A DNA stretch of 64,000 nt from Trichoplax sp. H2 (GCA_003344405.1 NOWV01000002.1:1550001-1614000); one strand, 5' to 3'; counted from the stretch's first letter, positions 13,801-27,300 are shown. Notes: generated by a model from the letters alone, not told the origin. A program made the numbers and translations.

Positions 13801-14248
13801 TGAGTTCTTCTGATGGCAAGATGTCGGTAAATTTAGAACGAAACTATTTGAAATAGTGAAATAAACAGTTTTAGAGAAAGCTATTTGCTGTAACATATAT
13901 ATATATATATATATATAAACAGTAATAAAAAATGAAAATGAAAGCTATATAACAGAAATATATGAGTAATCGGAATATTTTCTAGAAATATTGCAGTCGT
14001 AATATTGATTAAAGATGTCAAGATATTAAAATTTTAGGCTGAAACATTTGCTAAAGACTACTTAAATTAATCAGACACATTTGAAAGCCATATCTAGACA
14101 TATCTAGATAGCTACAAGATTCATAGTATCGGTAGTTTTCTTGATAAAACTTTGGTAAAATTTATGATTGACACTAAATAATCATAATATTTACTGTATT
14201 TAATGTTTCTTCTTGTTGTGCACTTAGGTTTCCGACGCAGCCACTCAT
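10834..14248 (-). CDS. SEC14-like protein (CRAL-TRIO + GOLD), copy C, 15 coding exons
   Basis: Same exon series as copy B (14195-14248, 13768-13843, 13448-13491, 13298-13360, 13046-13139, 12838-12932, 12639-12714, 12504-12523 ... last exon ending in TAA at 10834-10836). One GC donor at 12637-12638. Confidence 0.92.
13895..13917. repeat. (TA)n microsatellite in intron 1 of copy C
   Basis: Directly visible. Confidence 0.9.
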
Positions 14249-14719
14249 TTTCTACTCTAGATTGCGAATAACAACTTCAATTAGTAATAGGACTCTTAGA
14301 TTTAATTTAAAGCGAATTACTGAATTAATTATAATACAATTATTAATATTACAGTTAATCGGGCTCCAATATTTAGCAAGTGTGATATTAATTGAATATA
14401 CAGTAAGATACCTTACTTAAATGTGACTGCTATGGTACTTTCAATCACTTAAATCCTGCCTACTGTGTTCCTAATTTAAATTTGAACTAATTCGATTGCA
14501 ATTTGTTGCAACTGATAATATTATTCTATGGTAAGTAACCACAGCCTTATTTCTATTGCTTAAACCAATTTGCTAACGAAAATTAGTAGAACTAATCTGG
14601 CATCCTCAATAAAGTCCCAATTTGTATCAATTTAGTAACATTCCTGCAATTGATTATGATTGACTGACACTACGACTACATTTTTCGTAGATGTATAGTA
14701 AGTATAATGCAAGTAGGTC

Positions 14720-15090
14720 GTAAGCTTTCATCTGCCTCTTAAGACGGATAAAAAATAAGCAAGTCAAAATTGTTCGTGAAATCAACAAGTGCTCATTTTA
14801 CCTTTAGATGGATTTACTTAACGGAAAATGATCAGTTTCAGGCTAAATCTGCCGCGACTCAATTGCAGCAGTACAAAACTTAATTTCTCGTAGTACTTTA
14901 AACCAAAACCGAAGGATAGGTCAAAGGCGTTTATGTTGATAGGACAATGCCAGTTCTTAAGGTAACGACGGAGGTAATAGTTTACAGCTGCTTTCAGATT
15001 GATGACAGACAGTTTCGAGATGCCAGATTAAATGTGCTTGCAGTAAGGAATCAACAGATTGTTACCCATCCTTATTTATATCTGCTTTTA
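14720..15090 (+). ncRNA. Candidate structured non-coding RNA element, copy 2
   Basis: Collinear similarity to 9034-9420 (GTAAGCTT, AACGGAAWATGAYCAG, CAGYTGYTTYCAGAT, CTTGCAGYAA). Closing stem 14740-14759/15071-15090 and inner stem 14961-14968/15059-15066. Confidence 0.45.
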
Positions 15091-15331
15091 GTGTTGTATA
15101 CCTGCCATACGGGACTTAAAACTGTATTGTTTCACGAAACACTGCCCAAATTCTACTCTTCTAAAGAGTTTAAAGCTACTTATTACATGCCAACTCCTCG
15201 TTAAACATGACACGTCACAAAAATTTAGAAACTTTGAAAGCTCATACTTTGGTCACGAGTTGGGTTGATCAATTAAAAGTACTATTATGATATCCTTGCA
15301 GGGTCACGAGATAGATCTGATCAACAATAAC

Positions 15332-16222
15332 GTCATGTTTAATGAACATTTTCTATCGCTTCCGTCCGTTTCAAGAGCTGCATTCAATGTTATATTATTA
15401 CCAAATACCAGTGAAACTTTTGATCTTGATCCAGTCGGGGAAGGATTAGTAGCCTAAATCTTCAAATCGCCATTTAATTTTGCATACTGTTACATTTGCT
15501 ACTGTAAAAGCAGTATCCTATACTTTGCATCTACAAACCACACGAGTATAGTAGATGGCCATCAGTTATATTGTTTGTATAGCCATATTGCAGTGTATAA
15601 ATCAGATTCATGATTTAGAAGCCCTTATCCGGTACAGAGCTGCATGATGCATCCATTGTTGCATCATTGCTAGATACCAGTAAAATTTTTTACCTTCATC
15701 CTGATGGAGAAGGACTAGTAAGGATGATCTTCAAATCGTAATCTACTTTTGTATACTGTAAAGTATACAGCAGTAAAAGCAGTATTCTATAGCTGCATCT
15801 TGTTACTATATATCAGATAATCAACGGTTATTTATACCATCATATTGAAAATACAGTATATAAAGTAGATTCTTGATTTTAAACCCCTATAATGAATTAC
15901 TCGTTATTGGATTATAGAGTGATATAAGTCATGTTTAATGAGCACATTCTATCTCTTACATCCATCCCAAAGCTGAATTCAATGTTATATCAATACCAAC
16001 TGTCAATAGAAATTTTTGACTTTACTCCTGATGGGAAAGGATTAATACGGAAGATCTTGAGATCATCATTTACTTAATACTCTATTCTATACTGTATATC
16101 CACTTACTATACGAGTATAGTAGATGATCATCAGTTATTTATACCGTCATATTGATAATGCAGTATATAAATTAGATTCTTAGCTTGAAAGCTCCTATAA
16201 AGTCACTCGGTATTAGATAAGG
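15332..16222. repeat. Degenerate tandem repeat, ~295-bp unit x3
   Basis: Units start near 15332, 15637 and 15928. Recurring blocks include GTCATGTTTAATGA, TCCTGATGG..AAGGA.TA, ATCTTCAAATCG, CGAGTATAGTAGATG and CAGTRTATAAA..AGATTC. Confidence 0.85.
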
Positions 16223-17035
16223 GTAAAATAAATTTAGGAAACGCGAATACTGTACACCATACAGTGCAGTAGTCTGAACTATCTTTTATTATTTTTTAAT
16301 GCATAGTCATAGAGTTAAAAGAAGAGATTATGGAATAGATGAACTTGAAATAGAACGCACAAATAAGACCAATGAAAACCAATATAGTGGAAGAAATTAG
16401 TATACTGATACTATAACATATCCACAAACCAATACAAATGCATAGATTAAACCTTATTCGAAATCGTTATCCTAATTAGAGTGGTTAGACCAAATCAATG
16501 AGTTAAGTAACACAAGGCACACTCACGGTCAGATCCCACGAACTAAATCATGGTATTATACGTCATTTATCTCTTTATTCCTAATACGATATTTCACAAA
16601 ATTTATAATCGAGAATAGTGAAATACTGTTAAGCATATTATGATCTTATCACGTAATTATGGCTACGATAATCGATGCAATTTTACACCTATTCCTTTTT
16701 AGTAGATTATCGATATAGCTACCGCTAAAATATCGCTTTAATGAAACATATTGATTTATAAAAAGTAACTCTAACAATCTCTCAATCAAAACACAGAAAT
16801 GATACTGATGCGGTGTAAGTATGTACAATCATATCCATTGAAACTTTTATTACAGTTCGTACCGTAATTATTGCCAAGGATTTATTATGCTTGAGTAAGA
16901 AGTAGCGAAACCTTGTTTGTTCAGCTATCGTGTAATAAGAAGGATAGAATCTACACCTGCAATTATGGTGATTATAAGGATTTAAGTTAAATATAAGTGG
17001 TTATGGTCAAATTTATTAATTTAGCTCTTTCTTTA

Positions 17036-20000
17036 TCAAGGAAATCTTACATTCGTTCCTATTCTATTCATCATGTTTTCATCAGGTGATAAGACCTCGA
17101 CGATATATTGCAAGTTTTTGCTGTTGATCCAGCTAAAACTGTTATCGAATTTCAAGATATCTAGTAAAAGGCGTTTTATATGTAATATTAGTTAGAGTAT
17201 TCCTTTGAAAATGTGATTTTATTTGGCATATATTTCAATATACCAACTATTCAAGAAAACGAAGAATCATGCTATTAATTGAATTATAATGATCATAGCG
17301 ACGAATTCGTCTTAACGAACGCAGTAAAGATTCACTTAATTTATAAAATTTCCGAAATTAATTGGATTGTAAAATAGTTACATACATGTACCAGGATCTT
17401 CACAAACATAATCGCCTTCTTCTGCTACAAGTTGACAGTTGCGCCGGGTAACGGGAATCTTTAAAGTTATAATTTTTAAATGCAATTATTTAGCTACATG
17501 TAGGTTATTGATATTGTAAGTTGAAATTTAAGGCTTTTTGATCGGTAATTTCGAACATACTTATCATATTAACTCACCACTTCATAGTATTCAACGGTTC
17601 CGTCTTCATTTTCGATTAATTTTATAACACCAAAAGCAATATTATGATGATCTGTTTTGAATTCCCATCTGATTGATTACCAGGGTTAAATAAGGAATTA
17701 TAATATTATTATGAGACCGCTAATCTTAGTATAATTAATTAGTCACTGAATAAAAACTGTTATTTATAAAATTTAAAAAACGATGAGTTAGTATAATCTT
17801 TTATTTTAAAGTCTATAGTACAGTCTTCAACACCTCCTTAAGACGTCTATATCTAGTTACATAAATATTTAGCTAATGTACTATATCAAACTCACTTTAT
17901 TAGTGTGCCTGGAGTTTCGATTTCGTATTTTAATTGTAAGCAATCTGCTCTAGCAATAACCACTGATGAATAGTCACCTAATGGACGCTCATTACTTTTG
18001 ACTAACTCAGAATGATAGTACGATTCAGGAATTTTTCCTCCGTGTCCAACCTTGCCATTAATAACGAAAATATGTTGACATCACTTTCCTTGATTTAATA
18101 TAATATTATTTATAATCAATTAAGAGTCAAGTATTGCAGGTACAAACAATAGCTGAGCAATGTGGATCGCCATTTTCATCCACAAGATTACCCCCAAGGG
18201 CCTTGGGTATTGTATCTCTATCGACATATTCTAATAAAACTTGCTGATAATTTGCTGAATAAAATCAGAGAAAATTTAAACTGATTAGATAATCTACCAT
18301 TGATTACATAGTCACACTTGTCTGTAAAAGCAGAAGTTATGCCCAAAATTAACAGTACATCCTAAAATCCGCATTTTATCTTTTGTTTTCTGACTAAGGA
18401 ATGGCTTAATTACGGCAAACATGAAATAGAATATTCGAGGTGCTAAAAGGTGGATAACAATCAAATGTGTTAATCGGTTTAATAGAGTTACTTATCTGTA
18501 TAATATCATAGATATCGTATTAAAAAAATAAAGAATTTTCCATACCACATTGTTAATTTACTTCATAGACGCAGTCACTTACCATTAACGATCAAGGCAC
18601 GTTTCAAGAATTCTGGATAATTATCTTCGAATAATTGCATCACCTAGTAGACAGTTTTCTTTACTTATTAAGATGTTGATATAGTGACAGCTTCTATTTG
18701 TAACACGGATGCATCGACTGAGAAATAGCACAAGGTAATTAAAACTAACCTTAATAAAATGAGGTATAGCTTATAGTAAAAGGTAAAAAAGAACATTAAT
18801 TGTCAAAAATAACCTAGTACAGATAGGATTGGTACTGGTTTCACATGCTCTTATAGCTATGACTAACTTGGTCTATGAAAGTTACTTAAAGATAACTCAT
18901 TCAAGTCTTGAATAACTGTTACACCTTCTATTCTCCTGCCAAGCTAAAAATAAATCAAATTATACGTACATAAATACATTTGTCTTGAGTTATCAGTAAC
19001 GTAACAATACAGAGAAAATCTTCAATAATTGTATTTTCACTATTCATCTATTAATCTAATTAGAAAATATCACTGTAAGCAATTTCAGCTAATAGAATGC
19101 AAAATTAACTTCAACTTCTTGTAGGAATATTAATAGGAAGAGATTTAATGCCTACTTGATTAGATTATTACCAATTTACTTTGCTCTCGACACCGTTGCA
19201 TGCCTTCTTCTGTGTGGGACAGGGAATATTTGATTAATTCTTCCGGACGAAAACAATTATGCATACCTAAATAGGGAATGTAACGTAATTAGTGAGTAAT
19301 CAGCTCTTTTTCAGTTGAATAAAGACAAACTAGCCTATCCTTGTAGAATAGCATATCTAGATCATCTATTCTACAAGGTAATAATTCTTTCAATTATGCC
19401 TGCTACAGCTAAAAACTAATTAGTATGAGTATATCTCTGACCTTTAGGATCGAATCTGCCAAAGTTCACAAAGAATACTGGTGCCCCTTCTTTATCATTT
19501 CCTATATATCCCCCAGGATAGTATTTTCGCCAAAGCTATTTTTCAAATAGGATCATAGAAAAGTAAAATGCATTATTTTTATTTTATGGTATTCAAATAA
19601 TTATAGATTTTCATCATTATTTATATCAAGTTAGCTATCATAGATAGGTATAATGTTAGGATAAGGAAAGAAATGATATCAGTATGATGCAACAAAATAC
19701 GAATCACCTCCGGAATATTGTCCTCTTTTACAAGCTTTTCAATTTTCCATTCCTTACGAAATCGACAATTCTGTAAAATCAAATCGTTTATGGTGATTTT
19801 GTCCTTGAGTTACTACTATCAACGACCTTAACTTATTTATAACTGCAAAATTTACCCGTCTGAGCATTTGCTCTGATTTTTGTAAGTCAAAATCCCGAGC
19901 TGATAGTAAAAATAAAAGAAGAAATACTAAGTACATCGATCCGTAAAATCTGTGCTAATAATTTTAATAAACGTTAAAGTACCATCGATGATTATTTTCA

Positions 20001-20623
20001 CACTTTATTAAATTTACTGCCTCATTTACAAAATATATGCTATAATAGTTTTCAATAGTACTATTACTACTATTGCATCAATTTCATTTTTATAGCCTTT
20101 AGATTGCATTAATACTCACCTCTAAGCCATCTTAGCAAGAAATAATCATCACTAAGTTCTTCCTGTGGTAGGATATTGGCTACATTGTTGCGAAGCTACT
20201 CAAATTACGTTTGTAGAGAAAGTGATGTTAAATTAGTAATGTGGTACTAAAGAAATCAACAAAGCCTCAAATAAAAGGAAATATGACATCGATGAAACAG
20301 CAATTGGATAGGTAAGGCACTCTAATTAAGCTTCTTCTCCGGTAATTAACGTCTCGAAATAGCTTATTACGGTAGTAAATTGCTACTCAGTACATCTCAA
20401 ATTAGTTTACAGATCATATCGACAACGACGTTATTACATGTAGGAATTTACTACTAAAACTCGTTGTTACCAATGTTAATTACATCTTATATGAATGAAA
20501 TTCAACCTAGAACGTATGTATTTTAAGATAAATAGAATTCTAAGCATTTTCATGACCTAATAATCTTACTTGATTTAAGGCTTTTTGCTGTTCTAAGCTT
20601 AAATCTCCCACATGACCACTCAT
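17036..20623 (-). CDS. SEC14-like protein (CRAL-TRIO + GOLD), copy D, 15 coding exons
   Basis: Exon 1 20570-20623 (MSGHVGDLSLEQQKALNQ), 20120-20195, 19856-19899, 19708-19770, micro-exon 18750-18769 ... last exon ILKFDNSFSWINSKNLQYIVEVLSPDE. The stop at 17036-17038 is uncertain because a GTAAG donor lies just before it. Confidence 0.92.
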
Positions 20624-23600
20624 CTTGATAGCCCGGAAACTGTTTAATAGAGAAAGGAGGATTACAAAATCATTTCATTTTGTGGATTATACTGTAATAG
20701 GTCTTGTATTTGAGCTATTTTGATGACTTTAATATCAAACACGATAATTTGTTGACATTATTAACGAGATACACCTCGAAGGTAAGACAACATATTGGTC
20801 GAAAATAATGATAAGTCATGAATTATTCAGGCTAAAGCTATAAGGTTACTAAACTATACGAAAGTAAAAGTCCGTCGTAGCTAGAAATAGCACTGTACGC
20901 TATAGAGACAAAATTTGATAATTGAACCAGTTTAAAGATCGTTCATGATACTAGCAAGTTGAAATACTTGCAAGTCAAAAATCTTTGAATTAAGTTAGAT
21001 ATCAGAGGTTAGGTAACTTAATGTTTCGCTTGATGATCATCATTAACTTGCATAGGTCTTATCAATAAAATTAATTGTAGGCACACAGCTTAACAATCCC
21101 TTTATCTGTAGTAATAGCAGAATAAAACCTATAACTTATTGCACGTCATATCTTATTCTTTCAATTGCTTTTTTAGTATTAAAATAATTACTGCTAAATT
21201 GTGATAACCTTTATACACTTTACAATGATAAAGAGTCGATTATCAAAGGAAAATACAGGCAAATGCTGATACTATCTATTAATTTTGCCGGATAGAACGC
21301 TAACAATATTGATCTTCGCATAGGATATAAATGCTACGGGGCTATTATTACATTATTTACAGTAGATACTAAAAGAAAATATTATCCCATTTAATTAAGG
21401 ATTCGTAATTATTGAAGGTGCATTTTATGTTATTGCAAAGTTCCGAAAACGTGTTCCTATTTACCAACCGTAACAGAGAAATAACTATGGCAAGAATGTT
21501 ACTAGTCACTTTAATAACCTTTACGTATAAAAAGTAACTGAAGTCCGTGGTCGTAATAAGCATCCAAATAGTTTACATAAAATTTATGATTCAAATCTAG
21601 CTTGATAATAGCTAATGTCAAAATAATATTTTACTTACGTTATTCCTTGATCAATAATATCACAAAATGACAGTAATGAAAAAAAGATTTGATAGAAATA
21701 TTGTAATATTCCTTTCGGAGTAAATTAAATAAACTCGCTGAAGCTTCACTTAGCAAAGTTTAATTACTAATTGGCCTACAGCAGTCGTCTCCTTAAAATT
21801 ACACTAGATTTCATATTAAATCCATTACACTGGCATTGTTTCTGAATATAATATGCTCTTGTTCTAACTGCAGCACCGTATTTGCTCTAGACTTGGACAT
21901 TGTATTATAGTCGTATAGTATTCCATACATTTGGAGAGGGCATAACATTAGTAAGAAGACAATGTATCTCTATGGATACAACTCAATCATGGACTACTAC
22001 GTCTATAGACTTCGATATTTCTTAGTCAATTCGGTGATTATTTACGTGCAAGGAAGGGGTCGTTAGAATCTAAACGTTTAAAAAATCGGACTGAAGGGAA
22101 ATAAAGATATTTAATATAGCTTATATAGTAGTTGTAGCCTAAAATATTTCCTGATTAACACTACTGTATTTGCTAGACATGCAAAGGAGAACGACAAGTA
22201 ATTTATTCTATAGGGATAGAAAGAATGCAATTTTAGTACAATTGTAGTTGCCCTATTTGCGGCTTCAATAAGAAACATTAATGTCCTTATTCAAGGACTT
22301 GTACTTGTTGACTGTCGCTATACATTGAAATGTCTTTAACGATTCTTCTGCTAAATTTTCAATAGTCTTTGTACATATCGTATTCTGTATAATGAGAAGA
22401 TTAGTTTTACATTTTGATGGTAGAAGTAGATATAATTATAGTATAGTTAATCAATGTTGATCATGGCACTAACACAGAACAGAGCACTTTGTATTCGTTA
22501 TATTTTTAGGCTTTCATCAGCGAAATAGCCATCGAAATATATCTATAATGTAGCCACTACATTTGATAAATATACTCGCAAATGGTATATAAATCTAATT
22601 CTAGCTCTAATCTAATTTGCTAAAGTCCGTTTCTAGAAAGTTATATTAATGATAGTCTACTAGCAATTACATTTATTTCTGTGAGTATCCAGTTTAATTG
22701 TTACATGCATATTCTAATTTATCTTTATACAACGGATTAATTTATCGGTTACAGCAGACAGTACCGGTAAAAATCCTATACTCATACTGTAAGACATTCT
22801 AATTAGGTATATTAAGTTTACTTGAATAACGGAAGTAAGGTATAGGTCTGATAAAGCTTCACGAAACATTAGATTAATATTTTTTCTTAAGGGTAACTTA
22901 TAATGCTATTCATTGAGATGAATTGCCTTAGTGCTCGATTAACACCTGGTATAAAAAATCATTTGCACTTTCGTACAGTTTTTGTAATATCAAGATAAGA
23001 TTTCGTAATTCATACCGAATCATGTATACAACGCTCATTATTATTAATTTCTCATCGCGGTATTATGGGAATGTGTAATTGTAGACCAATGTAGTTTGAT
23101 ATACGAATATTATGTCAGAAATAAGTCTATTATCTAGAATGCTACGGCACTAGACGGTCATTCCGCAAAAAGCATTGGATTTTCTAAGCTGGATTTTTTT
23201 TAAATGGGAGCAAAGCTCTACTGTATTTGGATTATGTATGTCTGCTCTTCGTATTCATTTTATTCAGTAACCTCGAATTAATGGTTTACGGTAAAAAACA
23301 CGCAGATTAAGGCTGCATACTAGCCTAAGATACCTGGACTAACCTAGTATTCTGCATGGAATGGAAAAATGATACTATATATTTCCGATATCGATAATTG
23401 CACCTAACCTACTTAAATCCTCAGTATAGTAATGAAGAATAACCTGCTGCAAATATGAAGATGAACCGAACTATTCCTTTTCTTCATAAGTTTATCCTTT
23501 CTAGGCGTAACTTCCTAAGCTTACTATTCTCATTTTAAGTGAGAAAAATTTTTAATTACAATACCATTATTATTTGGGAAGCAAATTCTTGCATTTGAAT

Positions 23601-24399
23601 ATTAAATCTATCCCTCTCTCGCCTTAAGTCCGTATACGTATATGTTGTCAATTTTTAAAACTAATAGCATGATTTTTAATTTTTGCTATAGCTCATCGTA
23701 TAAATTCCAAGTTAGAAACAGATCTTATACGCAATCATGGCGTACGAGTTTAAATTCGTATTTACACTTATATAGAGGTGTGCACGAGGTATATTCTAGG
23801 CAGAAATATACAGTTTTCTACCATACATTTTCAGCGAATTCATTCAGATTAGAATCTTGATTTAAATAGATGGCATTACTCTGATTGCTTAAGCAAGATA
23901 CAGGTGTGAGTTTAAATAGCAATCGTTACTTATAGAGTTGTATATGCTTCGATAGTTACCACTATTTCGAATAAGTGTTCGAATTCAGCATTATCGCGCA
24001 TAATCATGATGACAATGTTTATTTATGTTTGTTTTCTCACCAGACTTATATTGCACCTGAGTCATTATACGCGTATCGAATGGTAGGGAGCGTAAGAACT
24101 ACGCCCTCAGACGATTCTTAATACTCTTTACCATATGTTGTAAATACGTGTCGTTTCTCACGCAAAAGTTATTGTAGTCAATGGCCAAGTATTCACTCGT
24201 CTTCCGAATCAATTAATTCAATGAATCGGATATAATTCGCCAAGCCAGAGCATATCAGAAACTTTGAATATGTTTTCGATAGATTAATGTAGCAAAATTA
24301 GAACATAGGATACTAGTTGAAACGACCTTAGCATATTAAAGTTCGTGGGTTAAATAACGCGGTGGATTGCAAAAATTTTTTCGGTCAGATTGAAGCAGA

Positions 24400-27300
24400 A
24401 TGAGTGAAAGTAAGTATAAAATAATATTTGCTTGTAAAACTTTTATACTAAATACAGTCTTTCATAGCTATTTCAGTTCGAAGGATTCTAAAGTCTTAAT
24501 TGATTTATCGCTATATCTTTTTAATTTCTCATTGATTTAGTCAATAATTAATGTCGCTGATAGCGTCAGATTAAATAGATATCATTAAATAGCCTTCTGC
24601 CTATCATTCATACAGTCAAAGAGTAATGCTGATGGCAACTTTGCTAGAAAATGCTATTTTATAGATATCGTCTACTTAAACAGAAGTTTCTAAATATAAA
24701 TCGTCTCTTACCTATTAATACGCATCTATCATATTATGCTACAAGGAACAAGGACTTCATCTGGAACTCTGACCATGAATAACCGTGAGTTAGACTAGCA
24801 TGGCATTATAGATAAGATTTTAATATTTTTCGAAGTATGTTGGTAGTGAAGAGCATTTATCACCGTACTTATATTCTTAGGCGCAAGAACATTATCTGCC
24901 ACCTTAAACACCAATAATCGTAAGCTAGGACAGCAGAATGCTGGCGATGTAGTCTATCATGCAGCCAAAACTAAAAATGAGCAATTATTGGCTCAGTTAA
25001 AGAAAAACATTGATGCTCCTCTGACGGTAATTTAAAGGAATCAAGAATTGAATTGCCAAAACGTTGAACTATCCAATTTATTTTTATTTTTTACATTTAG
25101 ATACATAACTGATAAAAATATTTTCAATCAGCATGATTGCTATAAATAAATGTCTGGATTGATAGCATAGCTTTTGCGGGTAAAAATAGGAAGCAGACTA
25201 CTCTAAACTAATGCTATTCTTATTAAATTAATGTTAACGATATCACAAGAATGAGGATAGAATACGATTTAAGGAGAGTTCTACCTTTCAATCCATACAT
25301 GATGGTGATGCAAATACGCTTCGTCTACTTTTAAAGTATGGGGCAAATCCGAATTATTGCAATGTTAGTAAAAGAGATAATGAAATTGTCTAATCAATAA
25401 TTAATCAATAATTAAAAGAATACTGGTAGTGATCGGCTTGGGTATTAATTTATACAAGATAGGTCATAAGTAGTTGTTATCCTATTCATAATAGACTCTT
25501 TACGATGTTGGTGATATTGTGATTGATTTATCGTATCTTTTGTAGACGTGGCTTTGCACTCCTGTCCATCGTGCAGCTTTAATTGGATCCGTGGAAATGT
25601 TAAAGATGTTATATGAAGCTAATGGTGATTTAAATTCCCTTGTAGACGTAAGTAATATCAATTACAGTGGTTTCGAAATCAATTTATTCGATTAATCAAT
25701 TAGATTATTGTACCTTACGATTTGTACTTAACTGATATATTGCCTATTATCTGAACTGAAATCTATAGATCAAGTGTTCACCTTTGCATTATGCAGCACG
25801 TCGTAAAGAATCTATTGCTGTTGAATGGTTAATTAAGAACAAAGTAGATATAAACCAAAGGGACGATGTACGTTGAGAAGCTATTTTATTCATTATAAGC
25901 AACTGAGCAAATATAATAATTTATAATATTGAATTAGATTATTTTGTTGGCTTTGACACATTTTTTAGAGAGGACGTTGTGCCATTCATCATGCAATAGA
26001 AATAGGAATGGTGGAACCACTAAAGGTCCTTCTTAAGTACGGAGCACGAACAGATATCGCTAATAATGTTAGTATTCTTATAAAACATAGATTGCTATCA
26101 TCACTTTCATTATTATTCTGACATCAGCTACCAACTAGCTAATGAATACTACTGTTTCTATTCTGTAGGAAAATAAAGTACCAATTTTATATGCAATTGC
26201 CCATGATAGAGGAGACTGCCTTAAAGTTCTTCTTAAACACTGTAAAGATATTAATCAGTGTTATGATGTAAGTAAAACGCTGAATATAAATCTATAAAAA
26301 TCAAATAGTTTAATATATACATCTGCAGAGGAAATTAAGTCAGATCATTTTCTAAACTAAGCTATTTATCTCAAGACAGCCTTGATTTCTCGTTTCTACC
26401 ATAATCTCTAGAATTTTGGCACAGCATTACATTATGCTGTTCGATGTAAAAAACCAAGATGTGTCGAAGTTTTATTACAATTTAACGTGGATATTTATGC
26501 AATAAATAAGGTAAACCATCAAACATTTCCGATATGAAAAGCATAACTTTCATTTGAAAATCTTGTCACGGCTTCAGGATAATATCTTTTTTAACGAGAA
26601 TTTAGACTACAATTTTGCCACGTAGTAGATACTCTTTAGTTAGTTCGATGGTTATTATTATGATTTATCAATAAGTAATGCTTTAAATAACAGCATCCAG
26701 CTAGATACATTTCTACCTTAGCGTTTTAAACGTAAAATATAGCTATGTCATATCAATAAGAGTGGCAATCCTTATCAATTACTATACTTCAGGCACGGCT
26801 GCCTAAGTTTATGTTAATCTATCAAGTACATTAGCTCATTAAGTATTGTTGACCGTCATTGCTGTATTAAAATACCAATTACGTGTGAGTTCTCGAAGCC
26901 GCTACTGTTGACATGTAATACTACCAAGGTTCTGATAAACGAAGACTGTTACGTAATTGATCTTATTTTTAACACTGACTTTTTTCAAATGTTAACATGT
27001 CTAGTATAAAGACAATATTCATGATTACTTTAAATTATCAATTTCTTGTTGTTTGATATTATATATTATCCAAGTTTGTAAATTCGTAATTATTATACAA
27101 ACTTATTATTGCTACATTTGATAATGTGCTACGTGGTAAATAAAGCTGAATACAATGCTAATTTATTCTCTCTTACGATTACAACATATTTACAGGCCAA
27201 TGAAACATCAATTGATGTAGCAGCTAAGGTCAATTCGGTAACCATACAGGAAATTTTAAGACTAACTATAGAGAAGGTCAGATAGGATTTTAATCTCTCC

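Noticed and set aside
14947..15204. 85-aa ORF sharing SCFQI with the 9300 region
   Set aside because: The paralog is frameshifted right next to the match, and the C/T changes are equally explained by preserved base pairing.
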